Below, piece after piece: positions 48,800-57,907 of a stretch of DNA of 64,000 nucleotides. Within the stretch, counting starts at the first letter, position 1. Each line of letters starts with the position of its first letter. Below the pieces are notes generated by a model. The model saw only the letters and a program-made list of their open reading frames with translations. It was not told where the DNA came from and did no database searches. Source of the DNA: Bacilli bacterium (GTDB lineage Bacteria > Bacillota_I > Bacilli_A > RFN20 > CAG-826); contig JAKSVH010000003.1 in the NCBI GenBank assembly GCA_024408085.1, positions 17,157-81,156 on the forward strand, read 5' to 3'. A program made the translations under genes and the position numbers.

Positions 48800-49564
48800 A
48801 TGAGAAGTTTAAGTTTGATTATTGATATCGGAAATAGCACAACAGTTTTTGGCTTATTCGATAAAGAAGAATATGTCGCTCATATTATCACATTAACTCA
48901 TGGCGATAACGATGGAATTCGTAAAGAAAAATTACAACAATTCCTTAGTGATTTTGAAGACGCCGAAATTAATAAAGGAATGATCTTTTCAGTTGTTCCA
49001 AAAATGAACGGCAAGATTGTAAAACTTGTAAAGAAATTGCTTCACTTTGACATCCCTGTTTTTGATTGGAAAAATCACGAATATAAGGCAAAAGACCCGA
49101 GAATTACCGATAATATTGGTGCAGATTTGCTCGCAGATTTAGTTGGAGCAGAGAAACTTTATGGCCATCCAGCAATGATTTTTGACCTTGGTACAATTAA
49201 CAAACTTTTGCTCGTTGATGACAAAGGAATTTTTGTTGGCGCATCGTTCAATCCAGGTATGGAAATTTCTCTCAATTTATTTGCTAACAAAACAGCATTA
49301 CTTCCAGATGTAGAGAAAGCTGAAAAGATTTCTGAAAAAACTGGACTTGATACAGTTGAATCAATGAGACATGGAATTTATTGGTCAACAGTCGCATTCG
49401 TAAACCATGAATTTGAAGCTCAAAAGAAGCTTACAGGTTTACCATTAAAATTAATTTTAACAGGTGGCAATTCAAATATTATTAAAGATGATATTAAAGA
49501 CAAAATATTTGATCCACTTTTAACACTTAAAGGAATGAACTTCATGTTCTTGGAGGAAAAATGA
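48800..49564 (+). CDS. coaX: Type III pantothenate kinase
   Basis: LIIDIGNSTTVFG N-terminus (ASKHA phosphate-1 motif). Start set at ATG 48800, 1 nt after the leuS stop. Confidence 0.85.
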   Translation: MRSLSLIIDIGNSTTVFGLFDKEEYVAHIITLTHGDNDGIRKEKLQQFLSDFEDAEINKGMIFSVVPKMNGKIVKLVKKLLHFDIPVFDWKNHEYKAKDPRITDNIGADLLADLVGAEKLYGHPAMIFDLGTINKLLLVDDKGIFVGASFNPGMEISLNLFANKTALLPDVEKAEKISEKTGLDTVESMRHGIYWSTVAFVNHEFEAQKKLTGLPLKLILTGGNSNIIKDDIKDKIFDPLLTLKGMNFMFLEEK

Positions 49565-50910
49565 TGAGTTACAAAACGCACTTACAATTTTATCATCACG
49601 AAATGTTAAAAGAACTTAAGGACTTTATTAGGATTCCTTCAGTTTATGACGAAAGTACAAAAACTAAAACCATGCCTTATGGTAAAGATGTTGATGATGC
49701 TTTAGCATTTGTTGCATCATTAGGCGAAAGATATGGATTTAAGGTTGATAGATGCGATGGTTATGCGACTGAACTCACCATCGGTGAAGGCAACAAAACA
49801 ATTGGCATCTTTGCACACGCAGACGTCGTCCCTGCATCAGGTAAGTGGGAAGGCGAACCATTCGAACCAAGAATTTATAATGGAAAAATCTATGGTCGTG
49901 GCACAAGTGACGACAAAGGACCAATGATCGCAGTTTTCTTTGCAACCAAGGCTCTTGAGAAGAGTGGATTACTTAAAAACTTCAAAGTTAAAATCGTTGT
50001 TGGCGGCGATGAAGAACGTGGTTCAAGCTGTCTTGATTACTATTTCCAAAAACTTAATAAACCAGCACCTGATTTTGGCTTCACTCCAGACTCAGATTTT
50101 CCATTGATTTATGGTGAAAAAGGTATCAGTGATTTCTTCTGTGAACTCAAGATGAATTTGCCAGGAGTTAAATCAATAAAAGGTGGCGTTGCAACCAACG
50201 CTGTTTGTGATAGAGTTGAGATCGTTTTAGATGATCCTACTGAATTAGAAAATTACTGCAAATATAGCCAAATTCCATACGAAATCGCCGGTAAAACCCT
50301 AATTATTTTAGGAAAATCAGCTCACGGTTCAACCCCGGAATTAGGTGATAATGCAGCCTTAAAAACCATGATTGCATTAGGTAATATTTGTAAGGTTCCA
50401 GCCTTATTAAATTTAGGTGAAAAATTATCCGATACAACAGGCAAATCTTTCAATGGTTATGCTGAATCAAAATTACTCGGTCACACAACCTATTGTGTTG
50501 GAAAAATTGAGTACGCTGATGGCATGCTTTCTTTCACTGTTAACTTCAGATATCCAGAGAATGTTGATAGAACTGCCTACATGGTTAATTTTGATAACGA
50601 ATTTGATACATTAACAATTCTTGGTGAAGAATCTCCATCCTTACTTTATGACCCAGAAAGTCCTTTAGTAAGAACTTTATATAAAGCCTATCGTAAAGAA
50701 ACCCACGATAGAACAAAACCACTTACAACTGGTGGTGGAACTTATGCAAAGCATTGTAAGAATACAATCGCATTTGGTGCGCTTTTCCCAGGAAGAGTTT
50801 CAACAATGCATGAGCCAAATGAAGAAATGCCAATCAAAGACATTTATAAATCTGCAAGAATTTACGCAAGAGCAATTAAGATGCTCGGAAAATTAGCAAA
50901 TGAGAACTAA
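49561..50910 (+). CDS. pepV: M20-family dipeptidase (PepV/Sapep-like)
   Basis: HADVVP, GTSDDKGP and GGDEERGS metal-binding motifs. Confidence 0.8.
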   Translation: MMSYKTHLQFYHHEMLKELKDFIRIPSVYDESTKTKTMPYGKDVDDALAFVASLGERYGFKVDRCDGYATELTIGEGNKTIGIFAHADVVPASGKWEGEPFEPRIYNGKIYGRGTSDDKGPMIAVFFATKALEKSGLLKNFKVKIVVGGDEERGSSCLDYYFQKLNKPAPDFGFTPDSDFPLIYGEKGISDFFCELKMNLPGVKSIKGGVATNAVCDRVEIVLDDPTELENYCKYSQIPYEIAGKTLIILGKSAHGSTPELGDNAALKTMIALGNICKVPALLNLGEKLSDTTGKSFNGYAESKLLGHTTYCVGKIEYADGMLSFTVNFRYPENVDRTAYMVNFDNEFDTLTILGEESPSLLYDPESPLVRTLYKAYRKETHDRTKPLTTGGGTYAKHCKNTIAFGALFPGRVSTMHEPNEEMPIKDIYKSARIYARAIKMLGKLANEN

Positions 50911-51517
50911 GTATAAACAATGGGCAGTCGACTATGTCGACAAACATCCAGAAATCGCTATTCAAAAATTAGATTTAAAAGATCCATTCTTCACTGAAAA
51001 GGATGTTGTTTTTGAAGTTGGCTCTGGAAAAGGTGACTTTATTGCTGCACTTTCTTTAAATCATCCAGAGCATAACTTCCTTGCAATTGAAAGAGTTAAA
51101 ACAGTTGCAGGAATGATGTCAAAAAAGCTTGTTGAACAAGGAAATAAAAACGTGAAAGTTTTTCCTTGGAATGCAGAACTCATCTTTGATGAGATTAAAG
51201 AAGGATTCGTTTATTCAATTTATCTCAACTTTGTTGACCCATGGCCAAAGAAAAGACATGAAAAAAGACGTCTTACTTTCATTACTTTCTTAGAACAATA
51301 TTATAGAATTTTAAGAAAAGGTGGGCGTTTATATTTTAAATCTGATAACGATGGACTTTACGAATTCACAAAAGAAGAAATTGCGAAAACTAAATTTAAA
51401 GTTATTTCAGATGAAGAAGATTATAAATTCGATGCTGAAAATGACTACATTACTGAATATGAAAATAAATTCCGTTCGATAGGAAAAAGCATACATAGAA
51501 TTATTTTAGAAAAGTAG
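50900..51517 (+). CDS. trmB: tRNA (guanine46-N7)-methyltransferase
   Basis: EVGSGKGDF SAM motif and FVDPWPKKRHEKRR motif. Confidence 0.88.
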   Translation: MRTKYKQWAVDYVDKHPEIAIQKLDLKDPFFTEKDVVFEVGSGKGDFIAALSLNHPEHNFLAIERVKTVAGMMSKKLVEQGNKNVKVFPWNAELIFDEIKEGFVYSIYLNFVDPWPKKRHEKRRLTFITFLEQYYRILRKGGRLYFKSDNDGLYEFTKEEIAKTKFKVISDEEDYKFDAENDYITEYENKFRSIGKSIHRIILEK

Positions 51518-51528
51518 AGGGTAAAAAA

Positions 51529-52632
51529 ATGGAGTTAGAAATTAAATTAAAAGAAAAAGGTAAAATTTCTAGATTAACAAACAAAACTTTTAACTTTGAC
51601 CCAAGATTAAAAGAAGGATTTTTTGCAGCCAATTATTTCTTAAAATCTCGCAAAATAGTCGAGAAATACGCAGGAAATCACGTAGTTACCATGCAATTTT
51701 TCCAAAGAAGAGATGACTCAAAACTTTGTGGTGTTGATGAAGCAATTGCTCTTATTCACGAGTATGCTGTTCACCCAGAAGAATTAGAAATTGTTGCTCT
51801 TCACGATGGCGATATTATTCAAGCAAATGAACCAGTTTTAAAGATTACTGGAAAATATGAAAACTTTGGATTCCTTGAATCAATGATTGATGGAATTCTT
51901 GCTAGAAGAACCTCAGTTTGCACCAATGTTTATAACGTTATGAAAGCTTTAAATGGTGCCGCAGACATTTTCTCAATGGCAGATAGACAAGATGATTATC
52001 ACACTCAAATTGGTGATGGTTATGCAACTTATGTTGCAGGTATTAGAAAAGTTTCAACTGACGCACAAAGTTTGTGGTGGGGTGGACATGGCGTTGGTAC
52101 AATGCCACACGCACTTATTCAAGTTTGCGGCGGAGACATTTGCAAAGCTGCAGATTTATATCACAAGACTTTCCCAGATGAAAAAGTTACAGCACTTATT
52201 GACTATAACAATAACGTTGTTCATGATTCGGTAATGCTTGCAAAACATTTAGGTGAAACTTTAAGAGCAGTTCGTGTTGATACATCCAAATCATTAATTG
52301 ATCATTATTTTGATGATAAAGACACAAGAGGATTTGATCCACATGGCGTTTGTAAGGAACTTATTTTCGCATTAAGAAAAGCACTTGATGACAATGGATT
52401 TAACTTTGTTAAAATTATTGTTTCATCTTCATTTACAGCAGAAAAGATAGCAGAGTGGGTTAAGCTTGGTGTTCCAGTAGATACTTATGGCGTTGGAACT
52501 TCTCTTGTAAACAACATGACTTGCGGTTTCACAGGCGACTTAGTTATGCTTGATGGAAAGAAGCAAGCAAAGGAAGGTAGAGAGAACATTCCTTCTAATA
52601 GATTAGAAAAAGTTCCGTACCCAATTTACTAA
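51529..52632 (+). CDS. Nicotinate phosphoribosyltransferase-family protein (short type)
   Basis: Type II PRTase barrel features (RVDTS, GVGT). The assignment is by overall resemblance only. Confidence 0.65.
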   Translation: MELEIKLKEKGKISRLTNKTFNFDPRLKEGFFAANYFLKSRKIVEKYAGNHVVTMQFFQRRDDSKLCGVDEAIALIHEYAVHPEELEIVALHDGDIIQANEPVLKITGKYENFGFLESMIDGILARRTSVCTNVYNVMKALNGAADIFSMADRQDDYHTQIGDGYATYVAGIRKVSTDAQSLWWGGHGVGTMPHALIQVCGGDICKAADLYHKTFPDEKVTALIDYNNNVVHDSVMLAKHLGETLRAVRVDTSKSLIDHYFDDKDTRGFDPHGVCKELIFALRKALDDNGFNFVKIIVSSSFTAEKIAEWVKLGVPVDTYGVGTSLVNNMTCGFTGDLVMLDGKKQAKEGRENIPSNRLEKVPYPIY

Positions 52633-52658
52633 GATTTTCATTGCTTACATTTTAGATA

Positions 52659-52685
52659 AGGGAACATAGTTCCCTTTTCTTTTTG
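52659..52685 (+). terminator. Terminator after the PRTase gene
   Basis: Stem AGGGAAC / GTTCCCT followed by TTTCTTTTT. Confidence 0.7.
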
Positions 52686-52711
52686 TTTATGAAAAAGTAT
52701 GAAAATGCATC

Positions 52712-52740
52712 TTGTAAGTTACATACCATTCATTTATAAT
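52712..52740 (+). promoter_or_regulatory. Promoter of the LacI-family regulator/tyrS operon (TTGTAA-17 nt-TATAAT), with an overlapping TGTAAgTTACA palindrome
   Basis: TTGTAA at 52712-52717, TATAAT at 52735-52740, palindrome at 52713-52723. Confidence 0.55.
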
Positions 52741-52763
52741 GAAACACGTTTCGGAGGCCATTT

Positions 52764-53765
52764 ATGGAAAATTTAAAAGATAGAGTTACCATTTACGAAG
52801 TTGCTAAAGCAAGTGGTGTTTCATTAGCAACAGTTTCTCGTGTTATTAACAACCAAGGAAATGTTACTGAAAAAACTCGTGAAAAAGTTCAGCAAACAAT
52901 TAAAAACTTAGGTTATAAACCTTCAGGTTTAGCCCAAGCTCTTGCAACAAGTAAATCAACAACAATTGGTGTTGTTATTCCAAGTGCAAACTATGTTTAT
53001 ATTTCATGTGTTTTAAACGGAATTTCAGAAGTTTGTAAGGAAAAAGGTTACAATTTACAATTATTTTCAACATCACATTCAAGAGAAGACGCTATTCGTG
53101 TTCTTGAAAAAGTTATTACATCACACGTTGATGGCGCAATCATCTTTGATGATGAACTTGATGAAGAAGACGTTAGCCAATTAAACTCATATTACGTTCC
53201 AACTATTGTTATTAACAATAGAGTAGAAGGTGAAAGAGTTGGTTGTATTGTTTTCGGCTATGAACACAACTTACGTAAAATCGTTGCTGATAAGTTAGCA
53301 ATTGATAAAGAAAAAACTCCAACATTTATTCATGTCCATAACTGTGGTCGTTTGCTCGCAAGAACCGAAAAAGCATTCATTGAAGTTTGCAAACAAGCAA
53401 ACAGAGAATACGCAATTTTCAATTGTGATGATTCTTCATCCAGAACTTATGATGATTTTATGGAATATTTCAAAACCCATAAGCAAGGTTACTTTGTTGC
53501 TTACCGTGACTCAATTGCAGGCGCAGTTGTAAACGCAGCAACAGATTCTGGACTTAGAGTTCCAGAAGATGTTGAAGTCCTCTCGCTTATTGGTACAAAA
53601 TATGCTAATATTACTCGTCCTACTTTAACAAGTATGAACATCGATATGGTTGACGTTGGACGCCGCGCAATGTACATGTTAACTGATCTTGCCAAGAATG
53701 AGCTTGAGAAGAAAACATACAGAATTGAATCTGTCTATGTGAAGCGTGCTTCAACAAAGGAGTAA
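52764..53765 (+). CDS. LacI/CcpA-family transcriptional regulator
   Basis: N-terminal HTH TIYEVAKASGVSLATVSRVINN plus a periplasmic-binding-protein-like core. Confidence 0.85.
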   Translation: MENLKDRVTIYEVAKASGVSLATVSRVINNQGNVTEKTREKVQQTIKNLGYKPSGLAQALATSKSTTIGVVIPSANYVYISCVLNGISEVCKEKGYNLQLFSTSHSREDAIRVLEKVITSHVDGAIIFDDELDEEDVSQLNSYYVPTIVINNRVEGERVGCIVFGYEHNLRKIVADKLAIDKEKTPTFIHVHNCGRLLARTEKAFIEVCKQANREYAIFNCDDSSSRTYDDFMEYFKTHKQGYFVAYRDSIAGAVVNAATDSGLRVPEDVEVLSLIGTKYANITRPTLTSMNIDMVDVGRRAMYMLTDLAKNELEKKTYRIESVYVKRASTKE

Positions 53766-53768
53766 TCT

Positions 53769-55022
53769 ATGGTTAATGTATTAGATGAATTAAAAGCTCG
53801 TGGACTTATTAAAGACTTCTCAAACGAAGACGAAGTTCGCGAATTGTTAAATACAAAACAAACAATTTATTGTGGTTTTGATCCATCTGCATCTTCGATG
53901 CACGTTGGTAACTTTGTTATGATTTCAATGCTCATGAGACTTCAAAGAGCAGGACACAAAATCATTGCAATTGTTGGTGGTGCAACCGGTATGATTGGTG
54001 ACCCATCAGGAAAATCAAAAGAAAGAAATTTACAAGGTGTTGAAACCTTAAAAGCAAATACAGAATGCATTAAAAAACAACTTGAAAGATTTATTGATTT
54101 ATCAGATCCAGAAAAAGGAATGATTATCAATAACTACGAATGGTTTGGTGCAATGTCAGTTCTTGATTTCTTGAGAGATTATGGCAAATTCTTCCCAGTT
54201 AACTACATGTTATCTAAAGATATTGTTGCATCAAGACTTCAATCTGGTGTTTCATTTACAGAGTTTGCATACATGATTCTTCAATCAGTAGACTTCTTAA
54301 AATTACATCAAAACTTCGGTTGTTCAATGCAAATCGGTGGTGGTGACCAATGGGGTAACTTAACTTCTGGTCTTGAACTCATTCGTAAGATTGAAGGACA
54401 AGAAGCAAAAGTTGGATGCTTCACAGTTCCACTTCTTCTTGATCAAAACGGTAAGAAATTTGGCAAGTCAGAAGGTGGCGCACTTTACCTAGATGCAAAC
54501 CTTGTCTCACCATACAAAATCTATCAATATTTCATCAATGTTTCAGATGATGATGCAGCAAGATACCTCAAGGTATTTTCCTTCAAAACTCTTGAAGAAA
54601 TTGCTGCAATTACCAAGGAACACTATGACAATTTAGGTGCAAGAATTGCACAAAAAGCGTTAGCTTACGAAATTGTCAGTTTAATCCATGGCGAAGCAAA
54701 AGCTGAAGAATGCAAGAAGATGTCAGAAGTTTTATTCTCAAATGATATTAAGTCACTTTCTAAAGAAAACATTGTTGAATTATTTGGAGATTTAGAAGTA
54801 GTTCAACCAAAAGGTCTTTTATTAGAAGATATGTTAATTGCAATTAAGGCTGCTTCATCCAAACGCGAAGCACGTGAATTTATTAACGGAAATTCAGTTG
54901 CAATCAATGGTGAAAAAGTTACAGATTTAGCACATGTTGTTGATGACAAGGATGCTCTATTTGGAGAATACGTTGTTATTAAACGTGGCAAAAAGAATTA
55001 TTATTTAGTTAGGTTTAATTAA
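53769..55022 (+). CDS. tyrS: Tyrosine--tRNA ligase
   Basis: HVGNF (HIGH) and KFGKS motifs; C-terminal S4-like domain. Confidence 0.95.
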   Translation: MVNVLDELKARGLIKDFSNEDEVRELLNTKQTIYCGFDPSASSMHVGNFVMISMLMRLQRAGHKIIAIVGGATGMIGDPSGKSKERNLQGVETLKANTECIKKQLERFIDLSDPEKGMIINNYEWFGAMSVLDFLRDYGKFFPVNYMLSKDIVASRLQSGVSFTEFAYMILQSVDFLKLHQNFGCSMQIGGGDQWGNLTSGLELIRKIEGQEAKVGCFTVPLLLDQNGKKFGKSEGGALYLDANLVSPYKIYQYFINVSDDDAARYLKVFSFKTLEEIAAITKEHYDNLGARIAQKALAYEIVSLIHGEAKAEECKKMSEVLFSNDIKSLSKENIVELFGDLEVVQPKGLLLEDMLIAIKAASSKREAREFINGNSVAINGEKVTDLAHVVDDKDALFGEYVVIKRGKKNYYLVRFN

Positions 55023-55222
55023 TGAGACAATATATTTGCGATAGATACGGAATGTGCTTAGGCGAAATTTCAATTGATGGTTTTGGAAATAAAACTGTCT
55101 ATAACATGTCGGGTCAAAAGCTTGGATACTATGATGCATCTACAGAGTCAACATATGATCCAACTGGAAGAAAATTATTCCAAGGCGACATGTCTGGCGC
55201 ATTACTAATAATTTATAAATAA
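55022..55222 (+). CDS. Small protein (66 aa) with two YD-repeat-like units
   Basis: TAATG overlap with the tyrS stop. Units VYNMSGQKLGYYD and TYDPTGRKLFQGD. Confidence 0.45.
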   Translation: MRQYICDRYGMCLGEISIDGFGNKTVYNMSGQKLGYYDASTESTYDPTGRKLFQGDMSGALLIIYK

Positions 55223-55227
55223 GCACA

Positions 55228-55258
55228 AGAAAAGGGAACCAAGTGGTTCCCTTTAATT
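55228..55258. terminator. Bidirectional terminator between the tyrS operon and rpsD
   Basis: Stem AAAGGGAACC / GGTTCCCTTT with loop AAGT. Confidence 0.75.
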
Positions 55259-55275
55259 TGCTCATATTCAGTGAA

Positions 55276-55878
55276 TTATAACATTCTGTTATAGTATTCA
55301 ATGACTTGTGCTTCGTTGATGTCTTGTGGAAGTTCTTTTCTTTCTGGCATTCTTACGAATTCGCCTTCAAGTTTAGCTGCATCTACTTTGACAAATCCAA
55401 CTGAAGCTGGTTTGCTTTCAAGTGAAGCTTTGACGACTGCTAAGTCGTGGCCTTCCTTAAGAGCAATTTTGTCGCCGACCTTGCAAAGGTATGATGGAAT
55501 ATCAACCTTTGAACCGTTTACAACAATGTGTCCGTGGTTAACAAGTTGTCTTGCTGCTCTACGAGTTCTTGCAAAACCCATTCTGTAGACTAAGTTGTCT
55601 AAGCGGGATTCAAGAATTCTGAAGAAAGCAATACCTGTAACTTCGTCTGATTTTAAAGCAAGATTGAATAAACGACGGAATTGTCTTTCGTTAACACCAT
55701 ACATTTGTTCGAGTTTTTGCTTTTCGATCAATTGTTTGCCGTATTCGGATGGTTTTTTCTTACGTCCATTACCGTGTTGGCCTGGACCATAAGGTCTCTT
55801 TTCTAATTCTTTATTTGTTTCAAGAACAGAAAAGCCGAGACGACGTGATCTTTTGTAGTCTGAACCAGTATATCTCAT
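55276..55878 (-). CDS. rpsD: 30S ribosomal protein S4
   Basis: MRYTGSDYKRSRRLG N-terminus and S4 RNA-binding domain; 200 aa. Confidence 0.95.
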   Translation of the reverse strand: MRYTGSDYKRSRRLGFSVLETNKELEKRPYGPGQHGNGRKKKPSEYGKQLIEKQKLEQMYGVNERQFRRLFNLALKSDEVTGIAFFRILESRLDNLVYRMGFARTRRAARQLVNHGHIVVNGSKVDIPSYLCKVGDKIALKEGHDLAVVKASLESKPASVGFVKVDAAKLEGEFVRMPERKELPQDINEAQVIEYYNRML

Positions 55879-56070
55879 GATTTATGGCTCCTTTCACTAA
55901 ATGCATTATTTAGCAAGAGGTGTAAATTCCTGACTCCGGATGTACTCTAAATTGGCTTTCACTTATGAGCATTAGCTACTTACCCACGATAGTTGAGACA
56001 TCAGTCGAGCTGTATTTACATGCTGCAACAATGCGAGTAGTATTATCAAATATTTAAATATTTTTGTCAA
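55879..56070 (-). promoter_or_regulatory. rpsD promoter (TTGACA-17 nt-GATAAT) and about 155-nt structured 5' leader (candidate S4 autoregulatory leader)
   Basis: -35 at 56065-56070 and -10 at 56042-56047 on the minus strand. Long untranslated leader before AAAGGAG-ATG, as in Bacillus rpsD. Confidence 0.5.
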
Positions 56071-56197
56071 CAAAAAATGTAAATTAATATTTATATTAAG
56101 GGCAAAAATACGATGAAATCTTGAATATATTTAGTATTGTTTTGATGTTTTTTATAGAAAAACAAAATATAAATATGTTATTATATTTAGGCAAATT

Positions 56198-57907
56198 ATG
56201 GGTACAGGTGCAATTATTGGATTAGTAGCAGGAATCGTTGTCGGCTTAGTCGGCATCGGTTTTATTTTATATTTCTTTGTTTTTAGAGAGAAAGTTTTCA
56301 AGAAACAATTAAGAGAAATTGATCGTAAATTCCAATACTTACACGCTTTACTTATTGGACAAGATGCTCAATATGTTAAGAGACTTGAAATTATTTCAAG
56401 AACAAATCTTCTCTATGTTGAAATCCACACCAAATATTTAAAGAAGTTTAAAGAAATTCGTGATAAACACGACGCAAATGCACAAAGTGCATTAAATAAT
56501 TTAAGAGACTTACTTGATGTTAAAAACTTCAAAGCTTTCAAGGAAACAATGCTTCATGTTAACGAAATTGTTGAAGGTTACGATAAAGAAGTTCAAGCAT
56601 TAAATGTTGAACTCTTAAGAGTTGTTAAACCAGAAGAAGATTGTAGACAATCATCTTTAACCTACAAAGAATCATTAAGAAGAATCAAACAAGATTACTA
56701 CTCTAAAGAAAGTGAACTTGTTATGATGTCAAATTCTTTTGAAGAAGTCTTTAAGTATATTGATCAATTATTTGAAGATTTCGAAGGATTAGTTGAGTCC
56801 GCTCAATATGATGAAGCAAATCAAATTCTTCCAAAAATCGATGAAATTCTCCACGAATTAACAAAGAATATGCAAGATTTGCCATCTCTTTGTACAATGG
56901 TTTCTATTGTCATTCCAGAGAAAATTATTTCAGTCGAAAATGCTTATAAAGATTTAGTTAATGATAAATTCCCACTCTATCATTTATGTGTTGTTCAAAC
57001 TCTTACAGAAATGAAAGAGCAAATTGAAAACTTTACTCATCGCATCCGTTTATTTGAAATCAACGGAATCGGTGAAAAGCTAGAAAGCATGAGTGAGAAA
57101 CTCGATAAGTTCTTTGACTTATTTGAAGAAGAAAAAGTTGCTAGAGAATCATTTGAAGCTAACAACGAAAATGTTTATAGCACAGTTAACTTAATCGAAA
57201 GAAAGTTTATTAAACTTCGTAATACAATTCCTGAAGTTTCAAAGGTATTCGTTATTAACGAAGCTCACCAAAATAAGATTAATGATATTCAAAATGATAT
57301 CAATAAAGTTGGAGCTCTTAAACGTAGTTTAGATACATTTATTCATAGCGCTACAAAACAACCATATTCACTTTTAGTGAATAAGATGAATGAATTATCA
57401 ACTGCATCTAACTCTATTATTTCTGATATTGATGAATACAATAACTACATCTCTTCTTTGAAGAGCGATGCAGAATCAGCTTACAATGTCGTTTATGCAT
57501 TCTATGACAAAGTCAAGAGAGCCGAACAACAAGTAAGAGAAATCAATGTTGCAAAGTGTACAGAAAAGTATTCACCAAAATTTGAAAAACTTTATGAACT
57601 TCTTAACTCAATTAATAACTTATTAATTCATAGCCCAATTGATGTTGATCAAGTAAATAAATTACAAAGAGATTTGTTTGAAATCTCTAATGACTTACTT
57701 GATGATGGTGAAGTTGCTCAAGATTACTCAATGATGATTCTTGCAGAGAATGCAATTCTCTATGCTAATAGACACAGATATCACTTATCTGACATCGATC
57801 AATTAATCAATCTTGCAGAGACTGACTTTGTCAATGGTGACTTCGAACACGCATCAATTAGCACAAGCAACGCATTAAAGAAAATCAAACAGGAAAATGG
57901 CAAATAG
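56198..57907 (+). CDS. ezrA: Septation ring formation regulator EzrA
   Basis: N-terminal TM helix plus about 540 aa of coiled-coil/spectrin-like repeats; conserved position between rpsD and thiI. Confidence 0.8.
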   Translation: MGTGAIIGLVAGIVVGLVGIGFILYFFVFREKVFKKQLREIDRKFQYLHALLIGQDAQYVKRLEIISRTNLLYVEIHTKYLKKFKEIRDKHDANAQSALNNLRDLLDVKNFKAFKETMLHVNEIVEGYDKEVQALNVELLRVVKPEEDCRQSSLTYKESLRRIKQDYYSKESELVMMSNSFEEVFKYIDQLFEDFEGLVESAQYDEANQILPKIDEILHELTKNMQDLPSLCTMVSIVIPEKIISVENAYKDLVNDKFPLYHLCVVQTLTEMKEQIENFTHRIRLFEINGIGEKLESMSEKLDKFFDLFEEEKVARESFEANNENVYSTVNLIERKFIKLRNTIPEVSKVFVINEAHQNKINDIQNDINKVGALKRSLDTFIHSATKQPYSLLVNKMNELSTASNSIISDIDEYNNYISSLKSDAESAYNVVYAFYDKVKRAEQQVREINVAKCTEKYSPKFEKLYELLNSINNLLIHSPIDVDQVNKLQRDLFEISNDLLDDGEVAQDYSMMILAENAILYANRHRYHLSDIDQLINLAETDFVNGDFEHASISTSNALKKIKQENGK

